DNA of 64,000 nt from assembly GCF_018350175.1 (NCBI RefSeq), contig NC_058382.1, forward strand, positions 58,530,001-58,594,000. The letters are read 5' to 3'. The position numbers were made by a program, and so were the translations under genes. The notes beneath the pieces are model-generated. The model had not been told where the DNA came from. It did not search any database and saw only the letters and a program-made list of their open reading frames with translations. Below are positions 50,288 through 64,000 of this stretch, one piece after another (the first letter of the stretch is position 1; every line of letters starts with the position of its first letter). This DNA comes from Felis catus (taxonomy: Eukaryota).

Positions 50288-51704
50288 CTGCTGCCAGCGG
50301 GCCAGCGTGTTCCTCCGTGGATGTTCGTGACGACGTGCCCATACAGGTGCGCAGGTGTGGCCTCGCGTGCCAGTGTGTAGGCCAGGGAGTGGCTCCCATA
50401 GTCCTCCAGGCTTGGGGTCCCGGGCGGTCTCCTGGGTGGCCTCTCCCAGGACGGCCAGAAAGGCGCTGGGCGGGGCCCCAGCACGGATCCCGGTCCTGCA
50501 TCTGGGAGGGACGGGCGGTGGTGACAACAGAGCTGACTTGCTGAGCTCTTACTATGCGCCGGGCCCCGTCCTGAGCACTTCGTGGCCCCAGCCCGTGTAA
50601 CCCGCGAGTCGGGGAGAAAGAACTCCTTTTGGCCTTTCAGTCCAGCGAGGTGGAGCCATTTTCCCAAGGCGGCGCAGCAGTGGGCGGCGAGGAAGCCTGG
50701 CTCCAGGGCCGACGCCCTGGTGCTCCAGTCCGCTGGCTCCTGGGGGAGTAGCCACCGGAGCCCCGCAGGCCGGTGCGGCCCCAGCAGGGTGGCCACTCCC
50801 TCTCCCCCGCGTTTGTCCTGGGTGCCGGCCTCCTCGGAGCTTCCAAGCCCTCCGGTGACTTCGCGGCGAGGCCTCCACCCGGGGCCGGAGAGGGTCTTGG
50901 CCGCCGGCCGGGACTCACGCTCAGGCACGGAAGGCACTTGGGAGGGCGAGCGACGGGGGTGTGCGTGTGTGAGGCTCCAAGGCCCTCACGAAGTGTCTCT
51001 CCGGTGGGGCAGAAGCGTTAGTCCGCCCGCCTCGGGGTCCCGTCCCTCCCGCCAGCCTCCAGGGCATGGCTGAGTCCCCTTCGACTCCGAGGCAGGCTCC
51101 GCTCCGTAAGGGGGCGGCCCCGGGATTTCGAGCGGACGCCTGTCCCCGAGCCTCCCGGTCCTCGCCGCTCAGGGCCTCCCGGTCCACCGGAAGGGCAGCG
51201 GAACGAGGGGGTTTTCCTCCCTGGTGTCCAGCGTGCGGCCGCCCAGAGTTTGCCTTCTGGAGCCCGGTACGCAGAGCAGGGCCGGCTGGGCGGCCCTGTC
51301 ACCCCTCGAGGTCACCGCCCCCCTCGAGTCCCTGCCTTCCCGACTCCTGGCTCTGGCTGTTCCGGGGTTTCCCGGCGGTGGCCACACGCAGCACGGGTGA
51401 GCGACCCATGTGGATCCAGCTCCTGGACGGCCAGCCGGGAGCGAGCTGCGCTGTGGCGGTCCCGCGCCCGTGGCCCAGAGCCCCCCTGTGAGCTCGCCTT
51501 CCAGCCCCCCGACTTTCCGAGCTCGGAACCCCTGGTGTCCTGAGCTCCGCCTTGGCCGGGAGCCGATACCCGTCAGATGGGGAAGCCGAGGCTTCCGTGT
51601 TCGGACCCGGGGACGGGTCAGGCTCCTGGTTTCTCTCTGAAAAGGAGGCATGTTTCCAAAGGATCTTCTTTGAGGTCGTGTCTGCTCAGAAAAAAACGCC
51701 TAGA

Positions 51705-51921
51705 GGGGTGCCCGGGTGGCTCAGTCGGTCGGGCGTCCGACTGCGGCTCAGGTCATGATCTCACGGTCCGTGGGTTCGAGCCCTGCGTCGGGCTCCGTCC
51801 TGACAGCTCAGAGCCTGGAGCCCGATTTGGATTCTGTGTCTCCCTCTCTCTCTGCCCCTCCCCTGTTCACGCTCTGTCTCTGTCTCAAAAATAAACATTA
51901 AAAAGAAAGAAAGAAAGAAAG
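51705..51921 (+). mobile_element. Can-SINE (SINEC_Fc-like)
   Basis: TSD aaaaaa[c/t]gcctaga at 51691-51704 and 51922-51935; (GAAA)n tail. Confidence 0.94.
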
Positions 51922-52752
51922 AAAAAATGCCTAGAAAAGGATGCAGAAAACCATCCCGACCGTTTGCTTGAATTGCGCTGGTCATTCCTTTTTCTCCTGA
52001 CTGGTGGTGACAGACAGCACACACGTGTCTAGCGAGGGACGTAAAACAGCATGTCTTTAATTCCGAATGCAAAGGGGCCAGTGCAGGCAGCCTGGAAAGC
52101 ACAGGGAAACATGAAGTTGGAGAGAAAAAAGAAGAAACAAACAAAACACGGGGTGGGGAATCAAAAAAAAAAAAACCCAAACAAAAAGAAAGTGAAAAAG
52201 AAAGTTGGACAGGAGTCGTCATGAAGCTCCCGGCGTTCCTGGAACTCCGCTTGCTCCCGGTGTTGAACAGCCATAACATCTCAGGGCCCCTCGAAGCCAC
52301 TGGAGCCTGCTGGAGGAAAAATTTCACTTTCTGGAAGCTTCTCCTGTGCTCCAGATGCCTAGGGACCCAGGAGGCGGGTTGGGGTGGATGGCCGCCCCAT
52401 CTGGACCCGCTGGCAGGCTTTATATCCAGCGGCGCAGCTCGGGAGGGGGTTTGGGGGGTTCTAGAACCAACTGCCTGGGCTGGGGCCTCCCTCTCTCTGC
52501 CCCAGTTTTCTGCGTGGCCTTGAGGAGTCTGCTGACGTCACCGGGCCTCAGCCTGCTCACCTGTGAAATGGGATCCTAATGCGTTGATGCGTGTGAGATG
52601 TTGCGGACAGAGTGCCGCACACACGGTGATGGCTGCTGTGACTTTAGACAAACCCCGAGCCCCCATCTACTAAGAAACGGTTGCTTTAAGGGCACGCGTG
52701 GGAGGGATGCAGCCGCTTCCTGGAGGAACCTCCCCGTCTTGTCCAGGGACCG

Positions 52753-52865
52753 TCAGTCGGTTAAGCACCCACATCTGACTCTTGATCTCAGCTCAGGTCT
52801 TGATCTCAGGTTGTGAGTTCAAGCCCCGCCGTGGGCGTGGAGCCTGCTTACAAAGAATAATGAAA
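52753..52865 (+). mobile_element. Short, degenerate Can-SINE
   Basis: tcagtcggttaagc...gactcttgatctcagctcaggtcttgatctcagg...gtgagttcaagccc...gtggagcctgctt. Confidence 0.75.
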
Positions 52866-55800
52866 TGCCAGAACCCAGTTGCGGGAACAGCAGTGTGACC
52901 CCTCTCGGTGGCGGGCCTCTTGCCCTCACGCCGGTGGCTGTGCACGCTGGAGGTCCTCGTGAACGTGGCTCCAGCCCCGCTGCCCCTCGGTCCCTACACA
53001 CACGCCCGGTGTGCAGTGGGGACCCAGTGCATGCTGGGTGGGTTAAAGGACGCCGAGGGCACGGACGGGACCGGTCAGCACGGGAGAAGGAGAAAAGGCA
53101 GGAACGTTTTCTGGTCCCGGAGCCCAGCACTGTCACCAAGGCTAGAGGGTCATGCCCGAGGTTCACACGGCATCAGCCCTGGGCAGGTTGGATGAGGGCA
53201 CGGCTGCCTCTGACCTGGGGGTGCTTTGCCCCAGGACTCTGCTCTCAGTATTTGCTCGACTTCCCTTCATTTTCACTTTCCTTCTTCTCCCTGTGGTGCA
53301 AGGTGCAGAGGCCGGGCAGGGCCGTGGAGGTGGGAGAAGCTTCTGGAAGACGCCAGAGGCTGCTGGCCGGCAGCCTGGCTTCCTGGGGCGGGGCCCTGAC
53401 CTCTCAGATGCTGCGATGGGCCCGAGGGTGTCTCCTCAAATTCTGCCTTCCCTTCCCGATGGCCAAGTGACGGCAGAGCAGGACGTGTGGGCGTGTGGGG
53501 GTGTCAGGGCCCCTTCCTGCCCGATGCACTCTTGCAGTACACCCCTTGCCAGCGGTCGACCTGCGGGGCTCAGGGAAGCTCCAGACAGTGTCTGGGGTCA
53601 CTGGGGTCACCGTGGAGGCACAGGTGTGGCTGGCACAGCCCCACTCCATCCGTCCCATCCATCGGAGGGGCTCTCCAAGCTCCTGAGACCCTTAGGGCCT
53701 CAAAGATCCCAAGGGAGGCAGCACCCCCTGCTGGCGGGTCGTGGCACCCCTTCCTCCAATTCCCCTGGCCTTGAAACTTTGGGGTATTTGCTCACCACCT
53801 AGTCCAGAAGCTGCTTTTGGGGCTGCAGGGTGGACGTGTGGCCCAAGAAGTTCCTGCCCGGAGGAACCTCAGGGGGTCCCTCAGGGGACAGGGATGGGGA
53901 TGTGGAAGGCCGTGTGACGCGTGCGAGGGATCGGGGGTGGGCAGGGCTGTGTGGCCCCCACGCCGCGGGTCCCGCCAGCAGCCCGGACGGGTTTAAAAAA
54001 CATCATGCCGAGTTTACAGAACAAACTGGAAAGAGAGTACAGCACCATCCCCCGTGTTCTCCCGATGTCAGACGCACGGACAGACACGAAGTTGCCGCGG
54101 CCTTACGGTTTGTTCTTCTCACCTGAGAGAGTGGGAACGAACGTCCTGCCGCGCGGCCTTCCCCGTCCTGGTGTGTTTAGGGAGCCGAGAGCTGACGACC
54201 CTCAGCCACACCGAACAGCGCGGATGGTTCCCAAACGGACCATCTGGCCAAGCAAACCAGAAACAGTCCACACCATGACTGCACCCGTGCACGGTCAAAG
54301 CTGGCAAGAGGGATCCCCATCGCTGGAAGCTAGGCTGGGGTTACCCTGGGGGGGCGAGCGGCGCCCGGGACGGGGCACCAGGGGCCTTCTGGGGGGTTCG
54401 CGTGGGATCTGCCGAGGCCTGGGTGCGTGATCTGGGCACTTTTGGCACCTGAGCTGTGCCGCTGTGCAAGTTGAGGGGTGCGGGCCCTTCAAGCCACAAG
54501 GGGGGCGTTTACAGAGCACCTGGGAGGTGCTGGAGAAGGGCGGGGAGTCGGGGGGGAGGCGACGAGACAGACAAGGCCCGGGGCTGCTTTCCTGCCCCCT
54601 GGGCATTCCTGCTGACAGCCGAGCCCCCTCCGGTCCCTGCCCAACCCCCCCTGCAGCCCTGTCCTGCTGGGGGCCCAGCCCTGACTGGCAGGAAAGGAGG
54701 AAAGTCCCCCGGAGCTCCTTTTTCTTGCCACCGAGGGGGCTTCAGGTCCTTGTTCCTAATTTCACACCACGAGCGAGATGCTGCAGAGAGAGACGACGAC
54801 GCCCCCGGGGGTCTGAGCCCAGCAGGGCGGGAGCCTGGCCGGCCGGCGGGGGTGATGCTGGTCTGCAGGGCGGGGAAGCAAAGTCTGGTGGACGTGGGGG
54901 CTCAGAGCCCCCAGCATCGATTTACAACCTCAGCCGGGGCACTAAGAGCTACAGGCTCTCGTTCTGGCTCTGTTGCTGGGCCTCGGTTTCCCCCTTTCTA
55001 AGGGGAGGCGGGACACCACGATGCCTGAGGACCCCCCCCCCCATGTGCCCACTGCCGGGCCCCGTCTTCACCTGTTAACTCTCTCACTCTAGGGGACCCA
55101 TCCTGTGTCAAAAGCAGAAAAAGTCACATCACGGTTGCGTTTTCAGGAAAACTGAAAGCAGCAAACACTCAGGGCTTTGTGAGAGGAGCCCGCGGTGGTG
55201 CAGGCTGGCGGGGCCCCGTCGTCACATCTGAGCCCGGGTGGAGGCCGTGCAGGCTCTGGGGCCAGGACGCGCCGAGGGGAGGCTCCACATCACACGACAC
55301 CGTCTAAAAAGAAGTCATTTCGCCGTGACAACTTGGGACGCACAGTCACCCAAAATGCTTTCAGAACTGCCGGAACAAACCAAAGACGTATAAGGTTTTA
55401 AAAACCTCTGTGTGCGAACTCACCGGTCACATTTATTCGCACCGGGAGAATTCTCCTTTTGCCGTCCGAACGGAGGAGAGGACGTCAAAAGGAGTTTTCT
55501 CTGAAGTTCTTTTCTGTAGCCCGTAACCTCGCTGGCTCCCGCTGGGCTGCTCAGAAGCCGCCCGCTATCCTTAAACGAGAGAGTTTTTTCTGATCGTAGG
55601 TTTGTTCCAGAGGAAGGCGGGACCTGGCCTATTGCCCCCACCCCCCGACACTAGTTAACCTAGGAAAAATACTGGGGCTACGGGGAGCATGTCAGATGGG
55701 CTGTGCGAAAGGAACCCTGTCTGATGTCCTCGGAATGCGAAGTGTCACGGCCCAAATGGGAGCACGGCGAACTCTCAGCTAAGAAAAAGCGGTAGGGAGG

Positions 55801-57426
55801 TCCGCAGCTGGGAGGGGAGTGAGCCTCTGAGCTGGGCATCCAAACACTCCGGAATGAGCAAGGGTATCCGAAGGGTCCGTGGCTTCCACGACCCGGGGGC
55901 CACGCGTGGGAAGCCTCGCAGGAAAGCTGTTTGTCACCTCCCTTCAGAGCTGGTGGACGATGGTGGGCCCAGCGTGGTCCCCAGCCCAAGGGCGCCGGCC
56001 GGCCCTCGAGTGTCTTATCGCCCGTACAAACGTCAGCCGTGGCCATTAGGTCAAATCACTAAAAAGTCACACACGCGGACGGCCCTCCGCCCCCGGCCCC
56101 GAACACCGGGTGACGGCAGAGGTGACCGCTGGTGGCCGCGGTCCGAATTTGCACGGGCAGGCCTCGTTTATGCCTGTTTTGCTATCGTTGTAAGTGGCGC
56201 CTCCTTTGACTCTCTGAGACGCCCCGGTCCCGTACTCGATTCGATAGCCACGCCCAATGGGGGCCACCCAGCCCCTCCCGCCAGCCTGCCTGTCCGTCTG
56301 TCCTCCCCGAGCAGATCTACTCTCTCAGGCGTCCGCGTTTCGCTTTCCGAGGTCACTTACACGAGCGCCTCTGACGGGCTTCTCCCCCAGAGCCAAGTCC
56401 GGGGCCGCGATGAGGTTAGGTTTCAGTGCCTCTGTTGGCGGTTGAGAGCCTGCCGCCTTCCCTGCTTGCTTCCAGGAAGCTCGGAAGGAAGGTCGGTGCC
56501 CAGACGTGGAGCTTTGGTTGGCCGAGCTGTTCTGAGCCTTTGCCTTTTCATTAAGGGGTTATGTGTCATTCCTTGGACGGCTCTTGGCCTCCGGTGGCTG
56601 CTTTGGGGGCTCTAACCACTTAGCCGTCCAAGCTGCTCTTTCTTGAGAAGCCGGTTCCAGGCCTCCCTGCGTGTGACGCGTCAAGGATGCACAGTGAATG
56701 TAGTTTTGGGATGGGGGTGTGGGGGGTGGGGACCGGGTCTCCCCCTCCGCCTGGAGCACACACGCCTGCGAGCAGCAGCTGGGAGCGGGCTCTGGGACAA
56801 GCAGCCCCAAAGGGCGAGCGTGTGGTCCCCGAACCCCTGTGCCAAAGCGTCCTGCACCTCCTTCGCCCCAAACCCCACGTGATGGGCGCTTTACTGTCCC
56901 CGTTTTATGGAGGAGAAAGTGAAGACATGGTTGGAGAGGAAGGCCGGCCATGCTTCCCACGCAGCGAGCCGGAGGAAGAACCAGGCTTTGCCCCTGAGAC
57001 CGCTGGTGTCAAAGGTCACGTTCCTAGTGTGGCGACGCTCACGGCCACTGGGAGTTGTGACACCCGTCACGGTCCCCACTGTGCAGGTGCAGAGTATGGA
57101 CTTGGAGAGACGCACCTGTCCAAGGTCCCAGGGGCAGGCCCGGGACTGGACTCGGAGAGGCCACATGAGGTGCTCACATGACGGGCAAGCTCTCTGGGGG
57201 GACGTTGCGGGCACGTTCCTGACCTTTTGGAACCGATGTCACGGGACGAAAACACCATCCTGGCTGTCGCTGTGAGATCCTGCTAACCCCCCGGCATCAA
57301 AGTCTGGTCTGGCAGGTGCTTTCCTGTGCTTCTCTGTATGTGCGAGTCACCGAACGTTCCTGGGCGTTCCTCCCAGAGATGCCACGCTCTGTGGACCCTG
57401 ACGGGAGAGGGAACAGACGCGGCCAG

Positions 57427-57452
57427 GTGTGTGTGTGTGTGTGTGTGTGTGT
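57427..57452. repeat. (GT)n microsatellite
   Basis: About 13 units. Confidence 0.9.
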
Positions 57453-60400
57453 GGACAGCAGGACCACGTGTGGTCAAACATGTCATGTGCTGGCCGCAAG
57501 GAGGGGTCCTGCTTCTCACCTGTGGCCAGATCTGCCCTGTGGCCTCACACACCTTCCCAGGGTTGGGCGCTGGACTTCTCGGGGCCCCAGAGCACGGCGA
57601 TCCCCTGTCCCCTGGGCCTCTCCTGGACTGCGCCCGAAAGTTGTTCGACACGAAGCAGAAAGTACGTTTGTTCTTTGTTGGAAACGGCCCCCGCTGTCAT
57701 GGAGCAGAGTCAAAGCGAAATATCGAGCCCGGCCAGAGAGCCCTCGGATGTTCCTGTTTTGTTCTGGGTCATTCGTTGGGGAACGCTGGAGGCTCGGTTC
57801 CAGTTTGCGTTGGGGGACTTGATGTTTACGCCTGTTTTCTCCTTGTGGCTTTATTGAAACACACATACCTACACACGCAGATTTGGGTTTTATTCCTTCC
57901 GGGATTTCGTAAGTGGAGGCTGTGGCTCTCCGGTCTGTTTATTCGCTCAACAAACACTTAGGGGGACTGAGTGCCGGATGAGTATCTGGGTGGTGGGCGT
58001 GTTTCCACCAAGGGGGCTCGGCAGACGCCGAAGCCGGGACTCTCAGGAGGCTGCTTGCTGGACGGTGTCAGGGTTATAACCTCTTGGCCGCCCCGCCCCC
58101 AGCGCCAGCTTTACTCTGGCTGCCTGACTTCTACTACTGCCTTCCAGAAATTTCTACCAGCCTGCATGATCTGCTGGCCGCATGACCGTGCACATCCCCA
58201 AACTAAGGTCGGCGTCCCCCGCCCGCCGCCCCCACCACCTCGTTGTTCCTTTGCTGTTTCTGTTAGTGGTGCCACCGGGTGCCCCCCGCCCCCGCCAGCC
58301 TGACGGAATGTGAGAAATGCCCGTCTTCGGCCTCGGTGCCAGCTCTTCCGTCCCAGCCTCTCCCTCCCTCAGCCCGAGTCTCGGTTCAGACCCTGTCACG
58401 GCCCTGGCTCTGTCTTCCATCCGCTTTGGGCACATCAGAGGACGTGTTGCTTTCTCTTCCAGTTTCATGGGCTTTCTTTTGAAGCTCTGGTAGCAGGTGT
58501 TCACAGAGGCTGGTTATGTTTTCCCAATGAATCGACCCCTTTAGTTCGGAGATGTCCGTCTATCACCGGCCGTGTTGTTCCCATAAAATCTCCTCTGTCT
58601 GACGTTTACAAAGCCGCCCCTGCTTTCTCTGACTGGGGTTGGCACGGTGTCTCTCCCGGAGTCGCCCCTCCCCTGCCTTTACCCTTAGCCCATTTACAGC
58701 GGGTTTCTCGCAGGCAGGACCTAGCATCGGACGCGGCTGCTTCTAAACATTCTTGAGTTTTGTTCTGAGGACCGGGGAAGCTTCCCGGAAACCCCAGAGT
58801 TGTCGCTGTCCCAAAGCGCAGACACCGAACCCTTACTCGGTTCTGCCGGGGGCCATCACGTCCTCCTGACTGACACTCCTGAAAAGTTGAGGCCGAGCGC
58901 CACAATTAAGACCCGGGAAAGAGGAGTCTTGACCCCTGTTGCTTCACGGCCGGTGTGGAGAGGAGACACCTGTGCGGGTAACCTTCCCACCCCGTCACCC
59001 CGGTTCATATCCACGTGCCTTGGTTTCTCTCTTTGCAAAACGGGGAAGCGAATAGTGTCTACCTTACAGGATCGTGGCAGGGATGGAACGAACTCTCGTA
59101 CGTAAACCTTTCACACCACACCCAGTGCACAGCGAGGGCTCCATAAAGTGGGCGTTGTTCATATAATTGTAACGATTACAGTTTTTTCAGCTTCCCGCAG
59201 CAGCTCTGGAGGCGGGAATTCTCATCCCCGCTTGACGGAGGCGGGAGGGACGACACGGTGTCCCCCGATGACAGCCAAGGAGAGGGGCTCTGGCGAAGGG
59301 CTGGCCTCTCTCCTGCACACCTCGCTCACGGTCACGCCGCGGGGCGCCCCACGTGAGCTGGGCCCGGAGACCCACTGCAGGCTGGCCGACAGGACCTGAC
59401 TGCAGGGAGACCTTCCGGGAAGCCGGGTTCTGGCTCTCAAACCACAGGCGCAGCAGGAATCCGGGTCCGCGGCCTCCCACACCTGCAGGGGAGCTCCGGC
59501 CCTCAGCTACCTCCGGAGCTCACCCCCATCCTTGGAGTTATGTACAGTTAACCAGGGCCGGGGCTTATTAGGTGCTGACGCTTCTCATGACAAGTCCCTG
59601 CAGGAGGCTGATTCCACAGACGGGGCAGCTGGGGCAGAGGGGTTCGGTAGCCTGGGCAAGCTCACTTGGGGAGGCGCAGTACCGCCCAGATCTGAGCGCT
59701 GGGGGTCTGGCGCTGGAGCCCCACTTCACGCGTGAGGACGCTGACGCCCAGGCTAGGGAAGTCCCTGTCCCAGACCGCGGAGCGGGCTCACGTCGGAGCC
59801 GATGCTGTGGCCGTGAGAGCGCCTGGCCCTGCCATGGGGTGGGGGGATCTGTCTGAAACGACCCAAGTCTGGGGGCTCGCTTACTGGTCAGTGACTCTTG
59901 GAGGACAGAGGTCAGGGGTTCTCATCTTTAAAGCTGAGCATCTGGTAGGTGTCGAGCACACAGGGGGCCTCCCTGGGGCAGCGGTTAGGGCCCTGGGCTG
60001 GGACCTGACCTCTCCGTTCCCGGGGGGCAACGTCAGCTCCCCGAGTGTCAGATGGCCCATCTGTAAAATGGGGAACGTCGCACCATGTCCTTTAGGACGG
60101 AACGTGGTCACGGGGAGAAGAACACGGCCCAGAGTTTAGGGCCACCAAGATCAGAGTCAACAACGCGGGGCACCTTCCGGCTTCCCCGAACTTTCCCGGG
60201 AGTCTGTGTTCGCGTCCCTGAGTTGTGGCTCCTGCCCCCCTTTCCTCACGGTCCGTGTCCCCTCCCTGGGGCAGGTGGGCTCCGCGCTGCCCCGGCCAGG
60301 TGCGCCGTGATGGAGAGCTGCCTCCATTTCATTAGTAAAGATGAAGCAAAACAAAACAAATACTGAGGTCTCCTGACCATTTCCCCTTTCAAAGGTGGAG

Positions 60401-60928
60401 AACAGCACATCAAAACCAGAAGGTGAACCAAAAAGTTGCTGGTGGGTTCTAGAAAACTGACCACAAAGATGAGGAAGAATGGGGTGAGTTATATAAGAAG
60501 TTGGTTTCAATGTGCTTCTGGTCTGGGGTGCGTGCTCCCCGACGAGAGGCACGGCCAACGTCCTTCTCCCCACAGCACCTGGGCCTGCTACCGTCATGCC
60601 CCGGGGCCACGGTTTGGCCAAGGGCTCTCCCAGCGCCAACGCCACGGAGCGTGTGTTTTCTGAACACGCTTCTGAAGTTTCCGACAGGATGACGAGGCTT
60701 CAGAGTGTTTCCTTGAGAAAGTGCTGGAGCCTCGGCTCCTGCCCACGCGGGGAAAAGGGGCCCATCCCCCGCCTTGAGTACCCCCCGGGCTGTTCTGGCC
60801 CTACTATGTGCATCGGGCCCCTCCAGGAGGCAGACCCCAGGCAGGACGAGCCGAGAAGGAGATCTTTGGGGAGGCAGGCACCCATAATACGCCCAAGCGC
60901 TAGCTGCTCCGTGAAGAAAGAAATCATA

Positions 60929-61215
<287 letters not shown>

Positions 61216-62269
61216 AAAGAAGTCACACTGTCCCTCCACTTGGGTGGGAAGTGAGGCCCCTTTTCCTGGATGCTTCGTTACTGCACAGGATTCGTCATCG
61301 CCACGGGCCCCCGGGGGTGCTCTAAGCTGGCAGGGGTGACACGCCTTGCCACCCCTGAGCGGACAGACACCAACCCGTGAATCTGGTGGTGGAAATGGCA
61401 CGGCGGCCTTCTCCCCCTCAAACCTGCACCCGGGTTAGTCCCCACGCTAAAGACGCCACGCGCACGTCTCCAGGTTCCCGAAGCCCGGACCTGGTGAATC
61501 GGGTCATTTACGGGCTGTGGCGGAGCGGCTGGGCGTCAGGCCCCCCGTCCCGGGCGAAGGGCCTCGGCGGGAGATCCGGCCTCCTGCTCCACCTTCCCTT
61601 TGGTGGGGAAAGACTCACGTATGCGCAAGCCGAACCCTGACGGTAGAAAGAGTACAGCGGTGACGGGGGTGGGCCACCGAGAGTCCCCAAGAACTGGAAG
61701 GGGTTCTGTCGAGGAAAGCCACCAGGAGGGGCCGGGCAGGCCACGGGGACCGAGTGGCCCCTGCCCGGTGGCCACGATGCCGGGACCCCTGGAAACTTCC
61801 GTCCTACGGATTGTCTGCGCTCAGCGGTTTCTGGAGACGCCCCTGCCCCGTGCCCCGGCTGTTTCCTGGGCGCCGTGCCGGGCGAGGTGTGAAGAGCCCC
61901 AAGTGCCCGCCACTGCCCTGCGAGGGCGGCCGGAAGGGTGACTACGGACAGCGGAGAAGTCCTCCCGGCGTGCGGCATGGCGCTCAGCCACCCCGCCCGG
62001 GGGATGGCTCGGTCTCCGGGGTGCGGGAACCGGGGGCCTTGCTCTCCACCGTGCCCTCCCACGTCCTGGGGGAGTCCCCAGACAGGGCATGCGGCCAGGA
62101 ACCACCTGGAGCTGCGTGTGGGAGGAGAGGGGGCCCCGGGCGGGGCCGGGACACCTGTGTCTGCCTCCCCTTTGCTGCCCCCAGCTGCGGGGCCGGGGCT
62201 AGGCCCTTCCCCTCCCGGTGTCTCAGTTTCTCCATCTGTAGAGTGGGGATTTGCCCATCTGGCCAGGTG

Positions 62270-62540
62270 GGCGCGCAATGTGGTAGCCACGTGTGAGTCT
62301 GAACTGAGATCGCCCCCAAGTCTGGAATCCACAGCTGATTTCCAAAACTTCGTAGAGAAGACTGACTTAAAACGCCCTGCTAGTAAATGTTTCCATGCCG
62401 GGTTACATGTTAAAAGGATAACATTTTGGAAAAATCGGGGGGCATAGAACAGACTGTTAAAATTAATTCATTTTGTCTCTTTTTACCTCGGTCACGGTGA
62501 CCCACAGAGACTTTTAACTGACGGCCCTGCCCTTACGCGC
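62270..62540. mobile_element. MER33/MER3-like hAT-Charlie relic
   Basis: ttacatgttaaaaggataacattttgga...ttaaaattaattc...tctctttttac resembles the recalled MER33/MER3 consensus. Confidence 0.65.
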
Positions 62541-64000
62541 TCGTCTAGGTGGCGGGCTGCACGGTGGAACCGTCTGGGACGTTCACCAACCGCTGACCCA
62601 TCCCTGGAGGCTCTCCTTCAGCCTTCCCGGGGCGCGGGCCGGGGTCTCGGGGTCTTCCAAGCTCCACGGGAGCCTCCCCTGATGTCTGGAGAGCCCCGCC
62701 GTAGAGTGATTTGCAAGTTTCTACGGCGGGTGACCTTATAACCCCAGTGACGATGGGGGGGACGCCGAGTGCAGCTCATGGAGGCCACCATGGCTTGGGA
62801 GTACAGGCCCCTGGGGCTGGGGTGGGGGGTGGGCAGAGGCCTCGGGAGGCTGAGAAAAGTGACGAGATGGCCGAGGCACGTGGGGCGGGGCTGGCGTGAG
62901 TACCAGTAAGGGCAACGATCACGGCTTATGTCATTAGCCCAATCTTGCTCTGTGCCTTTCTAAATCTTAGGCTGTGTGTCGCTCCTAAGCGAAGGGTTTA
63001 GGGGCCCCGTGGGGCGGGGGTGGGACAGCGGGAGAAGTAATCAGGTTCTTAGGAGCTGTGATGTTCGGAGGGTGGACTGAGGTAATCCTGGGGATTCTGA
63101 CCCCTGCCCTGATCACAAGCGGGTCAGCGGGGAGCAGTACAGGGCCTCGGACCGTAGTCGGGATTGCCCCTCAGTTCCGCTCAAGGAGACCAAGGCTGTG
63201 ATTTCGGGGGAGAGCTGATCCCAGTTTTGGAAGCAGATAATCGCCCTTCAGAGGGAGCCTCGGTCGGGCGTCTTCGGAAACAGCTCCAGAGGCATGGAGG
63301 GACTGGGCTCCGTCTTCACACACCGGGATAGTTATTCCCCGGATTCTTGCGCTCTCTCTCCTTCCTACCTGGGAAGCACGTGAATGCAGGGCCCTGAGCC
63401 CGCCTTCTCAGCACGTGGCTCGCCGACCTGACGTGACATAACTCGGAGGAGAGGCGACCTCAGCCGGGCCGCTCTCACCGCACGTCCTCGGGCAGGGGAG
63501 CTCTTTGAGCCTCAGTCTCCTTGTTACAGATGAGGTTTATGCTATGCGGATCCAGATTTGAGAGGGGCTCTTGGGAGACCCGCCAGGGATGGATGCGGGC
63601 TTCTGAGCTTGTATCCCCCGCGTTAGTTGTCCCCGTGAAAAGACAGTGTGTGTATCCATACGTGCTCAATTGATAGGAAAGAGTGGAAAACAAAAATACA
63701 TGACAACTACGCGTAATCACAAGAGCTTTAGGCGGCCGGCGGTGAGGACGAGGTGCCTGTACCCGTGCCTCGGCTCCCTCACTGCACCGTGGGCCGGGGC
63801 GGGCAGCCCTCCGCGTAGGACGCCGGCGGCTCTAGGTGGGAGCTTCCTGGCTGCACGCAGGGGGTGGCGGAACCCGCGGGAGGAGACGGTGTCCGTTACA
63901 GACAGGCCAGCCGCGGGCTGCGCGGCGCTAGGAACCTCCTTTGATTTACCGAAGCAGCGGGTAGCATGCTGGTGTGACGCAGAAGGGGCCCCTGGGTGAC

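Noticed and set aside
49090..50937. 615-aa minus-strand ORF and overlapping Pro/Ser/Leu- or Gly/Glu/Arg-rich ORFs
   Set aside because: Open frames result from the stop-free polypurine tract and high GC; no recognisable domain.

Overview
Mammalian genomic DNA, almost certainly from a felid, judged by multiple Can-SINE/SINEC_Fc-type elements. The window holds the last three coding exons of IRF8 on the + strand (4178-4564, 5314-5429, 6037-6213; IRF-association domain and C-terminus) and the 3' UTR. About 57 kb of unusually GC/CpG-rich downstream non-coding DNA follows. In mouse and human the corresponding interval carries the lineage-specific IRF8 3' enhancers. No other protein-coding gene is supported; the many long ORFs come from GC-richness and low complexity. 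The rest is SINEs with target-site duplications, an L1 3' fragment, MaLR LTRs, hAT MITEs, MIR/L2 relics and tandem repeats. The best leads are: an L-to-R change in the conserved IAD RLCQ motif, a nested SINE pair whose B-box is quadruplicated, a 21-copy G4/TTAGGG-containing 41-bp VNTR, and several IRF/AP-1/PU.1/E-box/C/EBP/RUNX motif clusters that may be orthologs of the IRF8 enhancers. I see no solid evidence of a wholly new biological system. Repeat family names and the human IRF8 comparison are from recall, not database searches.
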